Counted from the stretch's first letter, positions 1 through 10,588 are shown. The stretch is 56,311 nucleotides of DNA from Nanobdellota archaeon (GCA_038046185.1 JBBSWR010000219.1:1-56311); one strand, 5' to 3'. Notes: generated from the sequence alone by a model not told the origin. Numbers and translations: made by a program.

Positions 1-691
1 CAACATATTCTGGTGCATAAACCCAATCTCTTTTGGCATCAAGATTTCCTAATGAGAGAGTTTTTGTTAAACCTAGTGAAATTTTTGCAACGCCGTTAGA
101 AATTTTTCTAGTAACAAATTCCAAACCCCTTATAGGAGATTCATGATTAAACAAAATTCCATTTGTTGCATGTAAATTATACGCATCTCTATACAACTTA
201 ACCATCCAATGACTGTAAAGTTTTGCAATAGCATAAGGACTTGCAGGATGAAATGCAGTGTTTTCATCCATTACTTTACTTTTAATAGATCCAAACATTT
301 CGCTAGATGATGCTTGATATAACCGAATTTTAGGATTGAATTTTCTTATTTCATCTAATATACGAGATACTCCCAAACCAGTTACATTAGCAGTGTAGGT
401 TGGTTGAGCAAAGGAAACTTCGACAAAACTTTGAGCTGCAAAGTTATAAAGTTCAGAAGGATTTGATTTTTCAAGCGCATCATATATTGAATTGGAATCA
501 GAAATTTCCATTGGGATTAATTCCACTTTATCAAAAATTCCAAGATAGTGTAACCTCCAAAAGTTAGGAGTTGATAATCTTCTATAACTACCAAATACTT
601 TGTACCCTTTTTCAGCTAAAAATTTTGCTAAATAGGCTCCATCCTGACCTGTGATTCCAGTGATTAATGCTCGTTTAATGATATTCCCCAT
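1..691 (-). CDS. gmd: GDP-mannose 4,6-dehydratase, N-terminal ~230 aa (3' end lies beyond the window start)
   Basis: Absent from the ORF track because it runs off the window edge. Minus-strand translation from ATG (689-691) gives MGNIIKRALITGITGQDGAYLAKFLAEKGYKVFGSYRR...RLYQASSSEMFG...PYAIAKLY...LFNHESPIRG. These are the classic Gmd Rossmann, SSEMFG, YxxxK and NHESPxRG motifs. Confidence 0.9.
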   Translation of the reverse strand, partial: MGNIIKRALITGITGQDGAYLAKFLAEKGYKVFGSYRRLSTPNFWRLHYLGIFDKVELIPMEISDSNSIYDALEKSNPSELYNFAAQSFVEVSFAQPTYTANVTGLGVSRILDEIRKFNPKIRLYQASSSEMFGSIKSKVMDENTAFHPASPYAIAKLYSHWMVKLYRDAYNLHATNGILFNHESPIRGLEFVTRKISNGVAKISLGLTKTLSLGNLDAKRDWVYAPEYV

Positions 692-764
692 GTTTCTCTA
701 ATAGACCTCATTAAAAACATAATGTACTGAAAACATTTATCATGATAAAATAAACTAGATCAGT

Positions 765-1661
765 TTGAAAAAAATTGTGATAACAGGACATACCGGATTC
801 ATTGGAAGAAATCTAATCGATAGTATGGATGAAAAGAAATTCAGCGTTACAGGAATTTCAAGAACTTGTTTAGATGATACTCATGTGAACCAGATTAAGA
901 GAGATATTCAAAATATAAAAAATACAGATATTGAAAAAAATTCTATAATTATACATTTGGCTGGAATGACAAATATTTTAGATTGTGAGAAATATCCAAC
1001 AGAGTGTATCAGGATTAATGTAGGACACACTCAAAAAATTCTTGAGATTGCAAGAGAGAAGAATTGCAAAGTTATTTTTCCTAGTACTAGTCATGTATAT
1101 GGATATCCAAAGAAATTACCTATTGACGAGGAACATGCAGTTAACGCAACATCCATCTATTCTGCGTCAAAAATTGCAGGAGAGGCATTATGTCAGGGAT
1201 ATTCAAATTCGTATAAAATCGATGTTGGTGTTTTTCGACTATTTTCAGCATACGGTCCAAGAAATTCAGACTACAAAGTCGAATCACGAATTATTTCCCA
1301 ATTACTTGGTAAAAAGAAAATAAAGATTGGAAATCTGTCTCCAAAAAGAGATTTTATTTATGTTTCTGACGTGGTAAGTGGAATTAAAACAATAATGAAC
1401 AATCTAAAAGGTTTTGAAATATACAATATAGGTACGGGTAAAAGTAATTCAATAAAAGAATTGTATTTAACATTAAAAAGAATTTCCGGTAAAACAAGTC
1501 AGATAGAAACAATAAAAAGTCATTCGCGTAAAATAGATATTCCAAATGTCATATGTGATAATAAAAAAATTAGAAGATTAGGATGGGAACCAAAAATTTC
1601 GTTATTTAAAGGACTAGAAATTACATACAACTGGTACAAAAAAAATTCCAAGAGTGTTTGA
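765..1661 (+). CDS. Extended-SDR NAD(P)-dependent nucleotide-sugar epimerase/reductase; divergent from gmd, so a candidate GDP-4-keto-6-deoxymannose reductase/epimerase
   Basis: TTG start. VITGHTGFIGRNL Rossmann motif and YSASK (YxxxK) catalytic motif; 298 aa. Substrate assignment rests on gene context only. Confidence 0.75.
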   Translation: MKKIVITGHTGFIGRNLIDSMDEKKFSVTGISRTCLDDTHVNQIKRDIQNIKNTDIEKNSIIIHLAGMTNILDCEKYPTECIRINVGHTQKILEIAREKNCKVIFPSTSHVYGYPKKLPIDEEHAVNATSIYSASKIAGEALCQGYSNSYKIDVGVFRLFSAYGPRNSDYKVESRIISQLLGKKKIKIGNLSPKRDFIYVSDVVSGIKTIMNNLKGFEIYNIGTGKSNSIKELYLTLKRISGKTSQIETIKSHSRKIDIPNVICDNKKIRRLGWEPKISLFKGLEITYNWYKKNSKSV

Positions 1662-1719
1662 AAAAGAGAGATTGTTGGAATAAGAGTATTTTTTAATCCC
1701 TTTTAGATAGAAGAGTTAA

Positions 1720-2604
1720 TTGTCCATATTAGTTTGTATCCCTGCATTTAATGAAGAAAGAGTCATTGGAAAAGTAGTCAAAGACTGTCTAAGATATTCA
1801 GATAAGGTAATTGTTTGTGATGACGGCTCAAGTGATAAAACATATGAAGAGGCAGAATTGGCAGGAGCTATTTGTTTGAGACATAAAAAAAATTTGGGAA
1901 AAGGAGCAGCGTTAAAATCTTTATTCAATTTTGCAAAAAATTCTAATTTTGAAATTATTGTCACAATTGATGGGGATGGACAATTTTTACCCGAAGAAAT
2001 TCCAAAATTAGTTAGACCTATTGAAGAGAACACTGCAGATATTGTTATTGGATATAGATTTGATGATGCATCTGAAATGCCAAATTATAGAAAAGTTGGA
2101 AATAAGATATTAAATAAAATGACAAACTTGGCATCAGATCTTCCAACAAATGATTCTCAAAGTGGATACAGGGCATATTCTAAAAAAGTCATTGAAAAAA
2201 TTGAATTCAATTTAGATGGATTCGGGTCAGATTCAGAAATATTAATTGATGCTTCAAGAAAAAAATTCAGGATATCTGAAGAAAGAGTTAAAGTAATTTA
2301 TGACACAGGAATGAAGACATCTACCAAAAACCCAATTTCACACTCTGGTGAAGTTATCACATCACTTTTAGAAATTATCGCCATAAAGTCACCATTAAAG
2401 TTCATTGGCATTCCAGGAACAATTTTAATGTTTTTTGGAATAGTTTTTGCAGTTAATGTAGTAACTGTATTCAATGAAACAAGATATTTTTCAATTCCAT
2501 ATACTATGATTGTAATTATTTTTTTAGTAATAGGCTCAATGTTGTTATTAATGTCAGTGTTATTATTTAGTATTTCAAAAATCACCTATAAAATAAGAGA
2601 TTAA
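1720..2604 (+). CDS. GT2 glycosyltransferase, polyprenyl/dolichyl-phosphate sugar synthase-like, with C-terminal TM helices
   Basis: TTG start. ILVCIPAFNEE, CDDGSSDKT and TIDGDGQ (DxD) GT-A motifs. Two hydrophobic C-terminal segments (FIGIPGTILMFFGIVFAV, IVIIFLVIGSMLLLMSVLLF), as in GtrB/DPM-type enzymes. Confidence 0.8.
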   Translation: MSILVCIPAFNEERVIGKVVKDCLRYSDKVIVCDDGSSDKTYEEAELAGAICLRHKKNLGKGAALKSLFNFAKNSNFEIIVTIDGDGQFLPEEIPKLVRPIEENTADIVIGYRFDDASEMPNYRKVGNKILNKMTNLASDLPTNDSQSGYRAYSKKVIEKIEFNLDGFGSDSEILIDASRKKFRISEERVKVIYDTGMKTSTKNPISHSGEVITSLLEIIAIKSPLKFIGIPGTILMFFGIVFAVNVVTVFNETRYFSIPYTMIVIIFLVIGSMLLLMSVLLFSISKITYKIRD

Positions 2605-2669
2605 ATTCAATATTTGAAAATTCATTAAGTACAAATATCCATAAAGTTCAAAGTGGGTAGGAAAAAATA

Positions 2670-3947
2670 TTGAATACACTTTTGAGTAAGGTTAAAGACA
2701 AAACAGCTGTCATATCCGTTTTAGGATTAGGACGTGTAGGATTACCTCTAGCATCAGTATTTGCTACTAAAGGATTCAAAATTATAGGAGTTGACATTAA
2801 TCAAGAGCGATTAAATGCAATAAGTAATGGAAAATGTCCATTTTATGATCCTGCATTACAGGAGAATTTAGAGATTGCAACAAAGATGGGAAATATTCAG
2901 GTAACTGATGATTTAGAAAAAGTAAAAAATTCTATTGATGTGATTTTTGTGACAGTTGGTACTCCTACGACAGTTGGAAATAGTGTAGATTATTCCCAAG
3001 TATATACTGCTCTAGGGGAAGTAGGTAAAGTTGACTTGAGAGGCAAAATGGTTATCATGAGATCCACTTTACCACCAAGAACTACAACAGATATTATAAT
3101 TCCATATTTGGAAAACAAAACAGGTCTAAAAGCTGGAACAGATTTTGAAATAGCAGTATGTCCTGAAAGAATCCTAGAGGGAAGAGCTGTCAAAGAGATT
3201 CATGAGCTTCCTGAAATTGTAGGAACCATTAATGAAACATCTAATGAAATTATTACCACATTATTCAAACATATTAATCCAGACAAAAAATTTTCATATA
3301 CTACAGTAACTGGTGCAGAATTAGCAAAACTATTTGCAAATATTTACCGATATATTGGATTTGCTTTATCTAACGAATTTGCAGTATGGGCTGAAATTTA
3401 TGGTGAAAATGCGTCAGAGATCATCAGCATATCTAATTTTGAATATCCAAGGAGTAACATCCCAAAACCAGGATTTGCGGGTGGACCATGTTTAAGTAAA
3501 GATGGCTTGTTTTTGGATAACAATACTACTTTTTCAAGCATAGTTTCAACTGCATGGAAAGTAAATGAATCAATTCCACAACACGTAGTAAATCAGATTA
3601 AGAGAATCGATGGAAAATTATTTGGTAAGAAGATAGGAGTATTGGGCATCTCATTTAAAGCAGGAAGTGATGATTTAAGAAATTCTCCATCTCAAAAACT
3701 AGTAGATTTGTTAATTGCTACTGGTGCAGACATCAAGGTGCATGATCCATATGTAAAAAACACCTATCCCATAGAAGATGTTCTAAAATCGTCAGAAATA
3801 ATAGTCATAGCAACCAATCATAATGAATTCAAAAATATCGCTAAAGCAATTAATGACGTAAAACCAAGAATTATTTATGATGTGTGGGGAATGTTTTCAA
3901 AGGAAGATTTTGAAACAGCTAAATATCTAAAATTAGGATTGGGCTAA
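2670..3947 (+). CDS. Nucleotide-sugar 6-dehydrogenase (UDP-glucose/GDP-mannose dehydrogenase family; TviB/WbpO/WecC-like)
   Basis: VLGLGRVGLPLASVFATKGFKIIGVDIN Rossmann N-terminus, catalytic-Cys motif GFAGGPCLSKD, and C-terminal GISFKAGSDDLRNSP motif; 425 aa. Confidence 0.85.
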   Translation: MNTLLSKVKDKTAVISVLGLGRVGLPLASVFATKGFKIIGVDINQERLNAISNGKCPFYDPALQENLEIATKMGNIQVTDDLEKVKNSIDVIFVTVGTPTTVGNSVDYSQVYTALGEVGKVDLRGKMVIMRSTLPPRTTTDIIIPYLENKTGLKAGTDFEIAVCPERILEGRAVKEIHELPEIVGTINETSNEIITTLFKHINPDKKFSYTTVTGAELAKLFANIYRYIGFALSNEFAVWAEIYGENASEIISISNFEYPRSNIPKPGFAGGPCLSKDGLFLDNNTTFSSIVSTAWKVNESIPQHVVNQIKRIDGKLFGKKIGVLGISFKAGSDDLRNSPSQKLVDLLIATGADIKVHDPYVKNTYPIEDVLKSSEIIVIATNHNEFKNIAKAINDVKPRIIYDVWGMFSKEDFETAKYLKLGLG

Positions 3948-3951
3948 TATT

Positions 3952-5163
3952 TCAAATTATTTTTGGTTTTGGTAGAGGTACAATTATTTTTCCTTTGTAT
4001 CCATCATTCTGAATTTTAGGGATGATGCTATCACTCAGGTGCCAAGATAAAAGTAATGCATAATCAGGTTGGTCTTCAACCAATTTACTATCATCTACAA
4101 CTTCAATGTGTGTACCAGGAGTAAATTTTCCTAATTTCAGGGGGCTCTTTTCTACAACATAATCAAGAATTGATGAATCAATGTGACAGAAATTCAGGAT
4201 CGTACTTGAACGTGCAGGTGCACTAATACCTACAATCTTTTGTCCAGAAGATTTTATTTTTTGTAACAAAGAAAGTAAATCATTTTTATTTTCATATACT
4301 CTATTTGCAAATTCTTTATAAGTTTCAATGGATGAGAGATTCAATTTTCTTTCAAGGTTTAGCATCTTCTCTATATTATTAGATTTAATGAATTGACCTT
4401 TTGATGCGGCATAAACGCGAATTGAACCACCATGTGAAGATATTCGTTCACAGTCAAATATTTCCATGTTATATTTTTCAAATAATTGTAATAGTGTGTG
4501 TAAACTATAGTATCTAAGATGCTCATGATATATTGTATCATACTCTAATTTTTCAATAATATCTACTAAATATTGAGATTCAGATACAAACACGCCATCT
4601 TTCATTAATAATAATTTGATTCCTTTCATGATTGAATCAAGATCTTTAATATGGGCAAAAGCATTGGTGATGGTGATAATTTTTGCCTGACCATGTTTTT
4701 CTAAAATTTTATTTGCTATATCTTCATTAAAAAAATCATTTATTGTACTAATTCCATTTTCTTCAGCGAGTTTAGCAATATTAGATGGTTCAATGCCTAG
4801 AACACGGACGCCGTAAGATTGAAAAAACTTTAAGAGTGTGCCGTCATTTGACGCAATATCTATAACTAAATCTTTCGGTATGGGGGAAAATCTATCAACC
4901 AAAGATTTTGCAAATTGTGATAAATGATTTCGAAATGCAGTACTTACTCCAGATGTGTACAAATAATCTTTGAACATGACGTTTGGATCTACTGCATCTC
5001 CCAGTTGAACTAATCCGCAATTATTACAAAAACAAACTTGAAGAGGATATGAGGACTGAGCTCGTTTCAAATTTTCTTTTGAAACAAAATTAAGAGGGGG
5101 TGGGTGCTTTCCTAGATCAAGAAATTGAATTAAATCGTCATTAGAACAAATATAACATCTCAT
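3952..5163 (-). CDS. NDP-hexose C-methyltransferase family protein (Zn-ribbon + class I SAM MTase + C-methyltransferase C-terminal domain), paralog 1 of 3
   Basis: CYICSN...CNNCGLVQL four-Cys ribbon, VIDIASNDGTLL SAM motif I, YDTIYHEHLRYYS and GISAPARSST motifs. Colinear with 9359..10588 and 38760..40022. Confidence 0.75.
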   Translation of the reverse strand: MRCYICSNDDLIQFLDLGKHPPPLNFVSKENLKRAQSSYPLQVCFCNNCGLVQLGDAVDPNVMFKDYLYTSGVSTAFRNHLSQFAKSLVDRFSPIPKDLVIDIASNDGTLLKFFQSYGVRVLGIEPSNIAKLAEENGISTINDFFNEDIANKILEKHGQAKIITITNAFAHIKDLDSIMKGIKLLLMKDGVFVSESQYLVDIIEKLEYDTIYHEHLRYYSLHTLLQLFEKYNMEIFDCERISSHGGSIRVYAASKGQFIKSNNIEKMLNLERKLNLSSIETYKEFANRVYENKNDLLSLLQKIKSSGQKIVGISAPARSSTILNFCHIDSSILDYVVEKSPLKLGKFTPGTHIEVVDDSKLVEDQPDYALLLSWHLSDSIIPKIQNDGYKGKIIVPLPKPKII

Positions 5164-5185
5164 GATTTAGACAAGTTAAAATTGT

Positions 5186-5193
5186 TTTATAAA
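5186..5193. promoter_or_regulatory. Palindromic TATA-like box TTTATAAA in a 47-bp divergent intergenic region
   Basis: Centred about 22 nt from the ATG at 5211 and about 27 nt from the minus-strand ATG at 5163. No Shine-Dalgarno on either side, which is compatible with leaderless divergent transcripts. Confidence 0.3.
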
Positions 5194-5210
5194 TTAATCA
5201 GAATCTAATT

Positions 5211-6092
5211 ATGAAATTATTGGTTTTAGGAGGAAGTGGTTTAGTCGGAAAATCATTATTGAAATCAAATAATGAGAAATTCGACATCATTGCAACGTAT
5301 AATGAAAATCAAATCAATGTTCCAAAAATTTTGTCACTAAAATGTACATTACCTAGCGATTTTGACAAGTTGGAAGAAACAATCAGAAATGAAAAGCCAG
5401 AAATCATAGTTAATGCTATGGGTTATTCTAACATAGATTTTTGTGAGGCAAACAAAGAAAAATCATATCAACTTCATGTAAAGATTACAGAAAAAATAGC
5501 AAAATTGGTTGCAATGTACGATATAAAAACAATTTTTTTGTCATCAGATTATGTTTTTGATGGAAAAAAGGGAAATTATACAGAGTCAGACATACCAAAT
5601 CCAATAAACTATTACGGAGAGACAAAGTTAGAAGCTGAAAAAATAATTCTAAAACAACCACAAAATGTTGTTTTTAGGACATCGATAATTTATGATTGGG
5701 ATTTTCGTGTAAGATTCTTTAATTATGTAATTAATAACTTAAAAAATCAAAAAGAAATAGAAGTAACATATGATGTGTTCAATAGTGTCACAATAGTGGA
5801 TAGTTTAATTCAATCAATTTTTTTGGCAATTGAAAAAGATATTTCTGGACTTTTTCATATTGTGGATTCAACTTGTGTAAATAGATTTGAATTTGCCAAA
5901 TGTATAGCAAAAATTTTCAAATTAGATAACAAATTGATCAAAAAAGTTTCAATAGACGACATAGGTGTAATAGCAAAGAGACCAAAAAATACTTGCCTTA
6001 ATAATTCCAAGGCTGAAAAATCACTTGGAATAAAATTTGGAACATTGGAAGATGGAGTAAAACAAGTTTTGAATAAGACAAATCAAAAATAA
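5211..6092 (+). CDS. RmlD-like NDP-4-keto-6-deoxyhexose reductase (dTDP-4-dehydrorhamnose reductase family)
   Basis: LVLGGSGLVGKSL Rossmann motif, SSDYVFDG and YGETKLEAE (YxxxK) motifs; 293 aa. Confidence 0.7.
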   Translation: MKLLVLGGSGLVGKSLLKSNNEKFDIIATYNENQINVPKILSLKCTLPSDFDKLEETIRNEKPEIIVNAMGYSNIDFCEANKEKSYQLHVKITEKIAKLVAMYDIKTIFLSSDYVFDGKKGNYTESDIPNPINYYGETKLEAEKIILKQPQNVVFRTSIIYDWDFRVRFFNYVINNLKNQKEIEVTYDVFNSVTIVDSLIQSIFLAIEKDISGLFHIVDSTCVNRFEFAKCIAKIFKLDNKLIKKVSIDDIGVIAKRPKNTCLNNSKAEKSLGIKFGTLEDGVKQVLNKTNQK

Positions 6093-6142
6093 TCAAACAT
6101 CATAAAATCAATAACATCCAAAGGATTTATTTTACTAAAGAA

Positions 6143-7114
6143 TTGTGTTTCAATAGAGGAAATGAGTTGGCAAAAATTCTTGTGACTGGAGGAGCTGGAT
6201 TTCTCGGCAGCAATCTTGTAAATGAATTAATGAAAAGAGGAAATGAGTTGATAGTTTTTGATAATGGGTTTAGGCAAGAATTTAACAATATTGAGAAAAT
6301 CAAAAGATCAATTTCGTTAATAAAAGGAGATATCTCCAAAAAAGAAGATTGGAATGCCATTCCAAAAGATATTGAATTTGCATATCATCTGGCAGCAATA
6401 AACGGTACCAAGTTTTTTTATGAAATTCCTGAAAAAGTTCTCAAAGTCAATGTTGAAGGCACTTTTAATTTTGTAGATTGGCTACGAAATTCTCAAGTCA
6501 AGAGAGTTTTCTTTACATCATCATCAGAAGTTTATGGATTTCCAAAAATTTTCCCAACTCCTGAAACAGAGGAAATGAACATTCCAGATCCAACAAATCC
6601 AAGATTCTCATATTCTTCAAGTAAGATGCTGGGGGAGATCATAATCATAAATTTTGTAAAATCTTTAGGTATTGATTATAGTATAGGTAGAATTCATAAT
6701 GCATACGGTCCTCAAATGGGCTTTGAACATGTAATGCCAGAATTCATTAAGAGATGTGTTTTAAATGAACCTTTTACAGTTCAGGGAGACGGAACAGAAT
6801 CACGATGTTTTTGCTACGTATCAGACATCATTAAAGCAATACTAACAATTATGGATAGTGATCTAGGTAAAAATGAAATTTTTAATATTGGTAATCCGCA
6901 TGAAGACACAATAAATGAAATGATAAAAATTTTAGAAAAAATCCATGGTAAGAAAATTGTGCCAGAATATAGAAAATTTGACAAGCCTGGAACAAAACGA
7001 AGAGTTCCAGATATCACCAAACTAAAGAGATTAGGATATACACCATCAGTAACTTTGGAAGAAGGATTAAAAAAAACATATGATTGGTATGCTGAATATT
7101 ATTTAAAAAAATAA
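6143..7114 (+). CDS. Extended-SDR nucleotide-sugar dehydratase/decarboxylase (UDP-glucuronate decarboxylase UXS-like)
   Basis: ILVTGGAGFLGSNLVNEL, YSSSK, and RIHNAYGPQM...FTVQGDGTESRCFCYVSD resemble the UXS RIFNTYGPRM...GDGxQTRSFCYVSD block. The exact start codon is uncertain (TTG at 6143 or 6167). Confidence 0.7.
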   Translation: MCFNRGNELAKILVTGGAGFLGSNLVNELMKRGNELIVFDNGFRQEFNNIEKIKRSISLIKGDISKKEDWNAIPKDIEFAYHLAAINGTKFFYEIPEKVLKVNVEGTFNFVDWLRNSQVKRVFFTSSSEVYGFPKIFPTPETEEMNIPDPTNPRFSYSSSKMLGEIIIINFVKSLGIDYSIGRIHNAYGPQMGFEHVMPEFIKRCVLNEPFTVQGDGTESRCFCYVSDIIKAILTIMDSDLGKNEIFNIGNPHEDTINEMIKILEKIHGKKIVPEYRKFDKPGTKRRVPDITKLKRLGYTPSVTLEEGLKKTYDWYAEYYLKK

Positions 7115-7140
7115 ATCGTGAAAAAAGTGATGATGATTAA

Positions 7141-8361
7141 TTGAAAATATTATTTGTAAATTTTGCAGTTGGTGGATTTGCAGGTGATGCTGTACAAATG
7201 TCTCTTATTGTAAGAGGGCTTATGGATCTTGGACATAAGGTTGTGGTTGCAGTTCCTGATGGTGATGGATATTTTTTTGATAAATCAAAGAGTAAAAAAT
7301 ATGAATCAATACGCAAGAAGATTCTAGAAGCAAATGGAAAAATCATAGAAATTGAAGGAGTGTCAATATTACCAATACATTGTATTTCAGAGAAATTGGG
7401 GTATTATTGTCCTGATGCTGCAAAAATTGGTAGAAAAATTTTGAAGGATTTCGATATTGTTTATTGTCTTAATTGGTATTACCATTTAGCCATGACATTT
7501 TCAAATATTGCTCATGAATCAAAAGTACCATTTGTAATTGCTGCCATGGCAGCATTTGAAAATAAAGCACATGATTTAAAAAATACAAGAAAAAGAATTT
7601 TAGATTATATTTACACAAAAAAATTGTTTAAAACAGCATCTGGATTTCATTCTGTAGGAGATATTGAAACGGAAACATATAGAAAGTTAGGTGCCAGTAG
7701 AAAAAAAATATTCAGAGTAGATCACGGAGTCATACTAGAAAAATTTGAGGATGTAAAAAGTACCGGGATTCTAGAAAAATTCAAGATTGTTCCTGAAAAA
7801 AATCCATATTTGTATAATGTCGGTAGAATAGATCCAAAAAAAGGCCTAGAAATTCTACTACATGCGTTTTCTAAAATAATAGTAAAATATCCAAAATTAT
7901 TACTTGTCATTACAGGAACTGGAACTGATGAATATGTTGCAAAAATTAAAAGCCTTAGTAAAAAACTCCACATAGAAAAATCAGTTATATTTACAGGATT
8001 TATTTCAGAAGAAGAAAAGATCGAATTATTCAAGTCAGCAAAAATTCATGTTGTAACATCACATAGCGATGTTCACACCACAACAGCTATAGAATCCATG
8101 GCATGTGGAACACCAGTAGTCATTACAAAAACAAGTGATTTTCCGGAAATAGATGAATATCAAGCAGGAATAACTGTAGATACAGATCCAAATTCAGTAT
8201 TTAATGCAGTAGATGAGCTATTGCAAGATGGAAAAAAACTGAAGAAATGTGCAGAAAATTCTAAAAAACTTATTCAAGACAAGTTTTTGTTAAAAAACAA
8301 AATTAAAGAATATGAAAAAATGTTTGAAGAAATTATCAAAGATTATAAAATTAAATCTTAG
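7141..8361 (+). CDS. GT4 (GT-B fold) glycosyltransferase
   Basis: TTG start. C-terminal GT4 signature VGRIDPKKG...VVTSHSDVHTTTAIESMACGTPVVITK. Confidence 0.85.
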   Translation: MKILFVNFAVGGFAGDAVQMSLIVRGLMDLGHKVVVAVPDGDGYFFDKSKSKKYESIRKKILEANGKIIEIEGVSILPIHCISEKLGYYCPDAAKIGRKILKDFDIVYCLNWYYHLAMTFSNIAHESKVPFVIAAMAAFENKAHDLKNTRKRILDYIYTKKLFKTASGFHSVGDIETETYRKLGASRKKIFRVDHGVILEKFEDVKSTGILEKFKIVPEKNPYLYNVGRIDPKKGLEILLHAFSKIIVKYPKLLLVITGTGTDEYVAKIKSLSKKLHIEKSVIFTGFISEEEKIELFKSAKIHVVTSHSDVHTTTAIESMACGTPVVITKTSDFPEIDEYQAGITVDTDPNSVFNAVDELLQDGKKLKKCAENSKKLIQDKFLLKNKIKEYEKMFEEIIKDYKIKS

Positions 8362-9271
8362 ATAAATTTTGAGCATACAAATATCCAAAATACATTGATT
8401 TATTGGATTGCCTATTTCTAAGAAATAATGGTGGGGACACACTAACATCAAATCCACAGTTTTCCAGTTTTTCTTTCAAGTCTTTATAACCATAGTGATA
8501 TTCAATTTCAATCTGTGAAAATTTTTTAAGGATGTTTTTGTTTGATGATAAAATTACATCAACTTCACAGCCTTCGCAATCAATTTTCATTATGGAATCA
8601 TCTGGAATTTCAAATTCAGTAATTATTTCTTCTAATGTTTTCAATGGAATTTTAATCCCATTTGCAACAAAGTCAGTTGCACTTCCTGCACCTTCTTGAT
8701 TCGGATCTAGTAATATTTCACCTTTTTTTCCAGAGCAACCTGCAGTTAACAGAGTAATTTTGTCAGACAAATGATTCAATTCGATATTTTTTCTTGCTGC
8801 ATTATTATTTTTTGGAAATGGTTCTAGAGCAATAACTTTCTTTGCACCTTTTAGTGCAAAATAAATTGAGGAGTCTCCTATATTGGCCCCAATATCAAGT
8901 ACAATTTTATCTTTAACTTTTAAGAAGTCATATACTTCTTCAAAGAAAACACCGTGAACATCTCCATTATTATTTTCAAGATGTAGTTTAACATTAGGAA
9001 AATTTTTTGTAGAGATAGTGATTAAATCATCTTCTATTTTATATCCATTTAAAATGTTAAAAGATGTAAGATATGCCTCATAGTAATTGTGAATGGTGAT
9101 TTTTTTTCCATTCTTAAGAACTCCTTGAAATGGAAATTGATTTTGTAATAGATGAAACATTACAGAAATTCCATTTTTGTATCCATTGATATATCTCAAA
9201 GGAGAATCAAATAAATGAAAATAACTTTTCAGATATTCGCCAAAAGTCATATTTCGTAATACTGAACCCAT
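8351..9271 (-). CDS. FkbM-family SAM-dependent methyltransferase (sugar O-methyltransferase candidate)
   Basis: VLDIGANIGDSSIYFALKGAKKVIALEPFPKNNNAARKNIELN matches the FkbM DIGANxG...EPxP pattern. The 3' end overlaps the convergent GT4 by 11 nt. Confidence 0.75.
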   Translation of the reverse strand: MGSVLRNMTFGEYLKSYFHLFDSPLRYINGYKNGISVMFHLLQNQFPFQGVLKNGKKITIHNYYEAYLTSFNILNGYKIEDDLITISTKNFPNVKLHLENNNGDVHGVFFEEVYDFLKVKDKIVLDIGANIGDSSIYFALKGAKKVIALEPFPKNNNAARKNIELNHLSDKITLLTAGCSGKKGEILLDPNQEGAGSATDFVANGIKIPLKTLEEIITEFEIPDDSIMKIDCEGCEVDVILSSNKNILKKFSQIEIEYHYGYKDLKEKLENCGFDVSVSPPLFLRNRQSNKSMYFGYLYAQNLSKI

Positions 9272-9358
9272 TTAGGTTATCTCAATATCAGTACTAATTA
9301 TATTTACACAACTCAGCCTAATTAATTTATAATAGGAATTTAAGAGAAGAAAACAGTT

Positions 9359-10588
9359 TTGAGAGAAAATTCATGCAGATTATGTAAAAGCACAAAATTG
9401 TACAGGTTTTTGGATCTTGGATATTCTCCAATTTCAGATCAGATTTTAACATTAAATCAACTTAATCAACCGGAAATATCCTATCCTATTACTGTAGATA
9501 GTTGTACTGAGTGCGGATTTTGTCAATTAGGGTATGTTGTTCCTCCAGAATTAATGTATAATGAAAATTATTCTTATGATGGTTCTGCAACTGCAACATT
9601 AAAAAATCACCATATTTCTATGGCAAATCAGATATGTGATCGTTTCAAATTAAAAGAAAAATCACTTGCAATAGATATCGGAAGTAATGCGGGGGTTTTA
9701 CTAACAGGTTTTCGTGATAGAAATATGAAAGTATTAGGAATTGATCCATCAGTAAATGTGGCAAATATTGCACGCGGTAAAGGAATTCAGGTAATTGGGG
9801 AGTTTTTTTCTAGTAAATTAGCAAAAAAAATTAGAGAAGAACATGGAGAGGTGTCAGTGATTACTGGGACTAATGTTTTTGCACACATAGATGATTTAGA
9901 TGATTTTTTCAAAGCAGCAGAAATTCTTCTATCTAATGATGGAATTATTGTAATAGAGGCACCGTATTTGATTACATTGTTAGATAATTTAGAATATGAT
10001 ACAATATATCACGAGCATTTATCGTATATCTCTTTAAAACCATTAAAAGAATTTTGCAAGAAAATAGACATGGATATTTTTGATGCAGAGTTAAATAATA
10101 TTCACGGAGGTTCATTAAGATTTTTTATAGGCAGGAAAGGAATAAGAGATATTTCAAAAAATATAGAAACATTACTCAAATTGGAGGAAGAAAAGAGAAT
10201 TTACAAAAAAGAGAGATTAGAGAAATTTTCTAATGATGTAAAGGAACAAAAAAAAGAGTTAAACATGTTATTATGGAAGCTTAAAAGTGAGGGTAAAAAA
10301 ATTGTAGGGATTAGCGCCCCAGCAAAAGGAAATGCTCTAACTAATTATTGTAAGATTGGTACTGATTTGTTAGACTACATTACAGAGAAGAGTCCATTGA
10401 AAATTGGAAAGTTTACACCTGGAATGCACATTCCAATTTTATCAGATAGTAAATTATTAGAAGATAAACCAGATTATGGTTTAATACTAGCATGGAATTT
10501 TGCAGATGAAATTATTAAAAATAACGAGCAGTTTAAAAAGAATGGTGGTAAATTTATTATTCCCATTCCACATCCAAGAATCGTTTAA
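9359..10588 (+). CDS. NDP-hexose C-methyltransferase family protein, paralog 2 of 3
   Basis: TTG start. CRLCKS...CTECGFCQL Zn-ribbon, AIDIGSNAGVLL SAM motif, YDTIYHEHLSYIS and GISAPAKGN motifs. Confidence 0.75.
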   Translation: MRENSCRLCKSTKLYRFLDLGYSPISDQILTLNQLNQPEISYPITVDSCTECGFCQLGYVVPPELMYNENYSYDGSATATLKNHHISMANQICDRFKLKEKSLAIDIGSNAGVLLTGFRDRNMKVLGIDPSVNVANIARGKGIQVIGEFFSSKLAKKIREEHGEVSVITGTNVFAHIDDLDDFFKAAEILLSNDGIIVIEAPYLITLLDNLEYDTIYHEHLSYISLKPLKEFCKKIDMDIFDAELNNIHGGSLRFFIGRKGIRDISKNIETLLKLEEEKRIYKKERLEKFSNDVKEQKKELNMLLWKLKSEGKKIVGISAPAKGNALTNYCKIGTDLLDYITEKSPLKIGKFTPGMHIPILSDSKLLEDKPDYGLILAWNFADEIIKNNEQFKKNGGKFIIPIPHPRIV

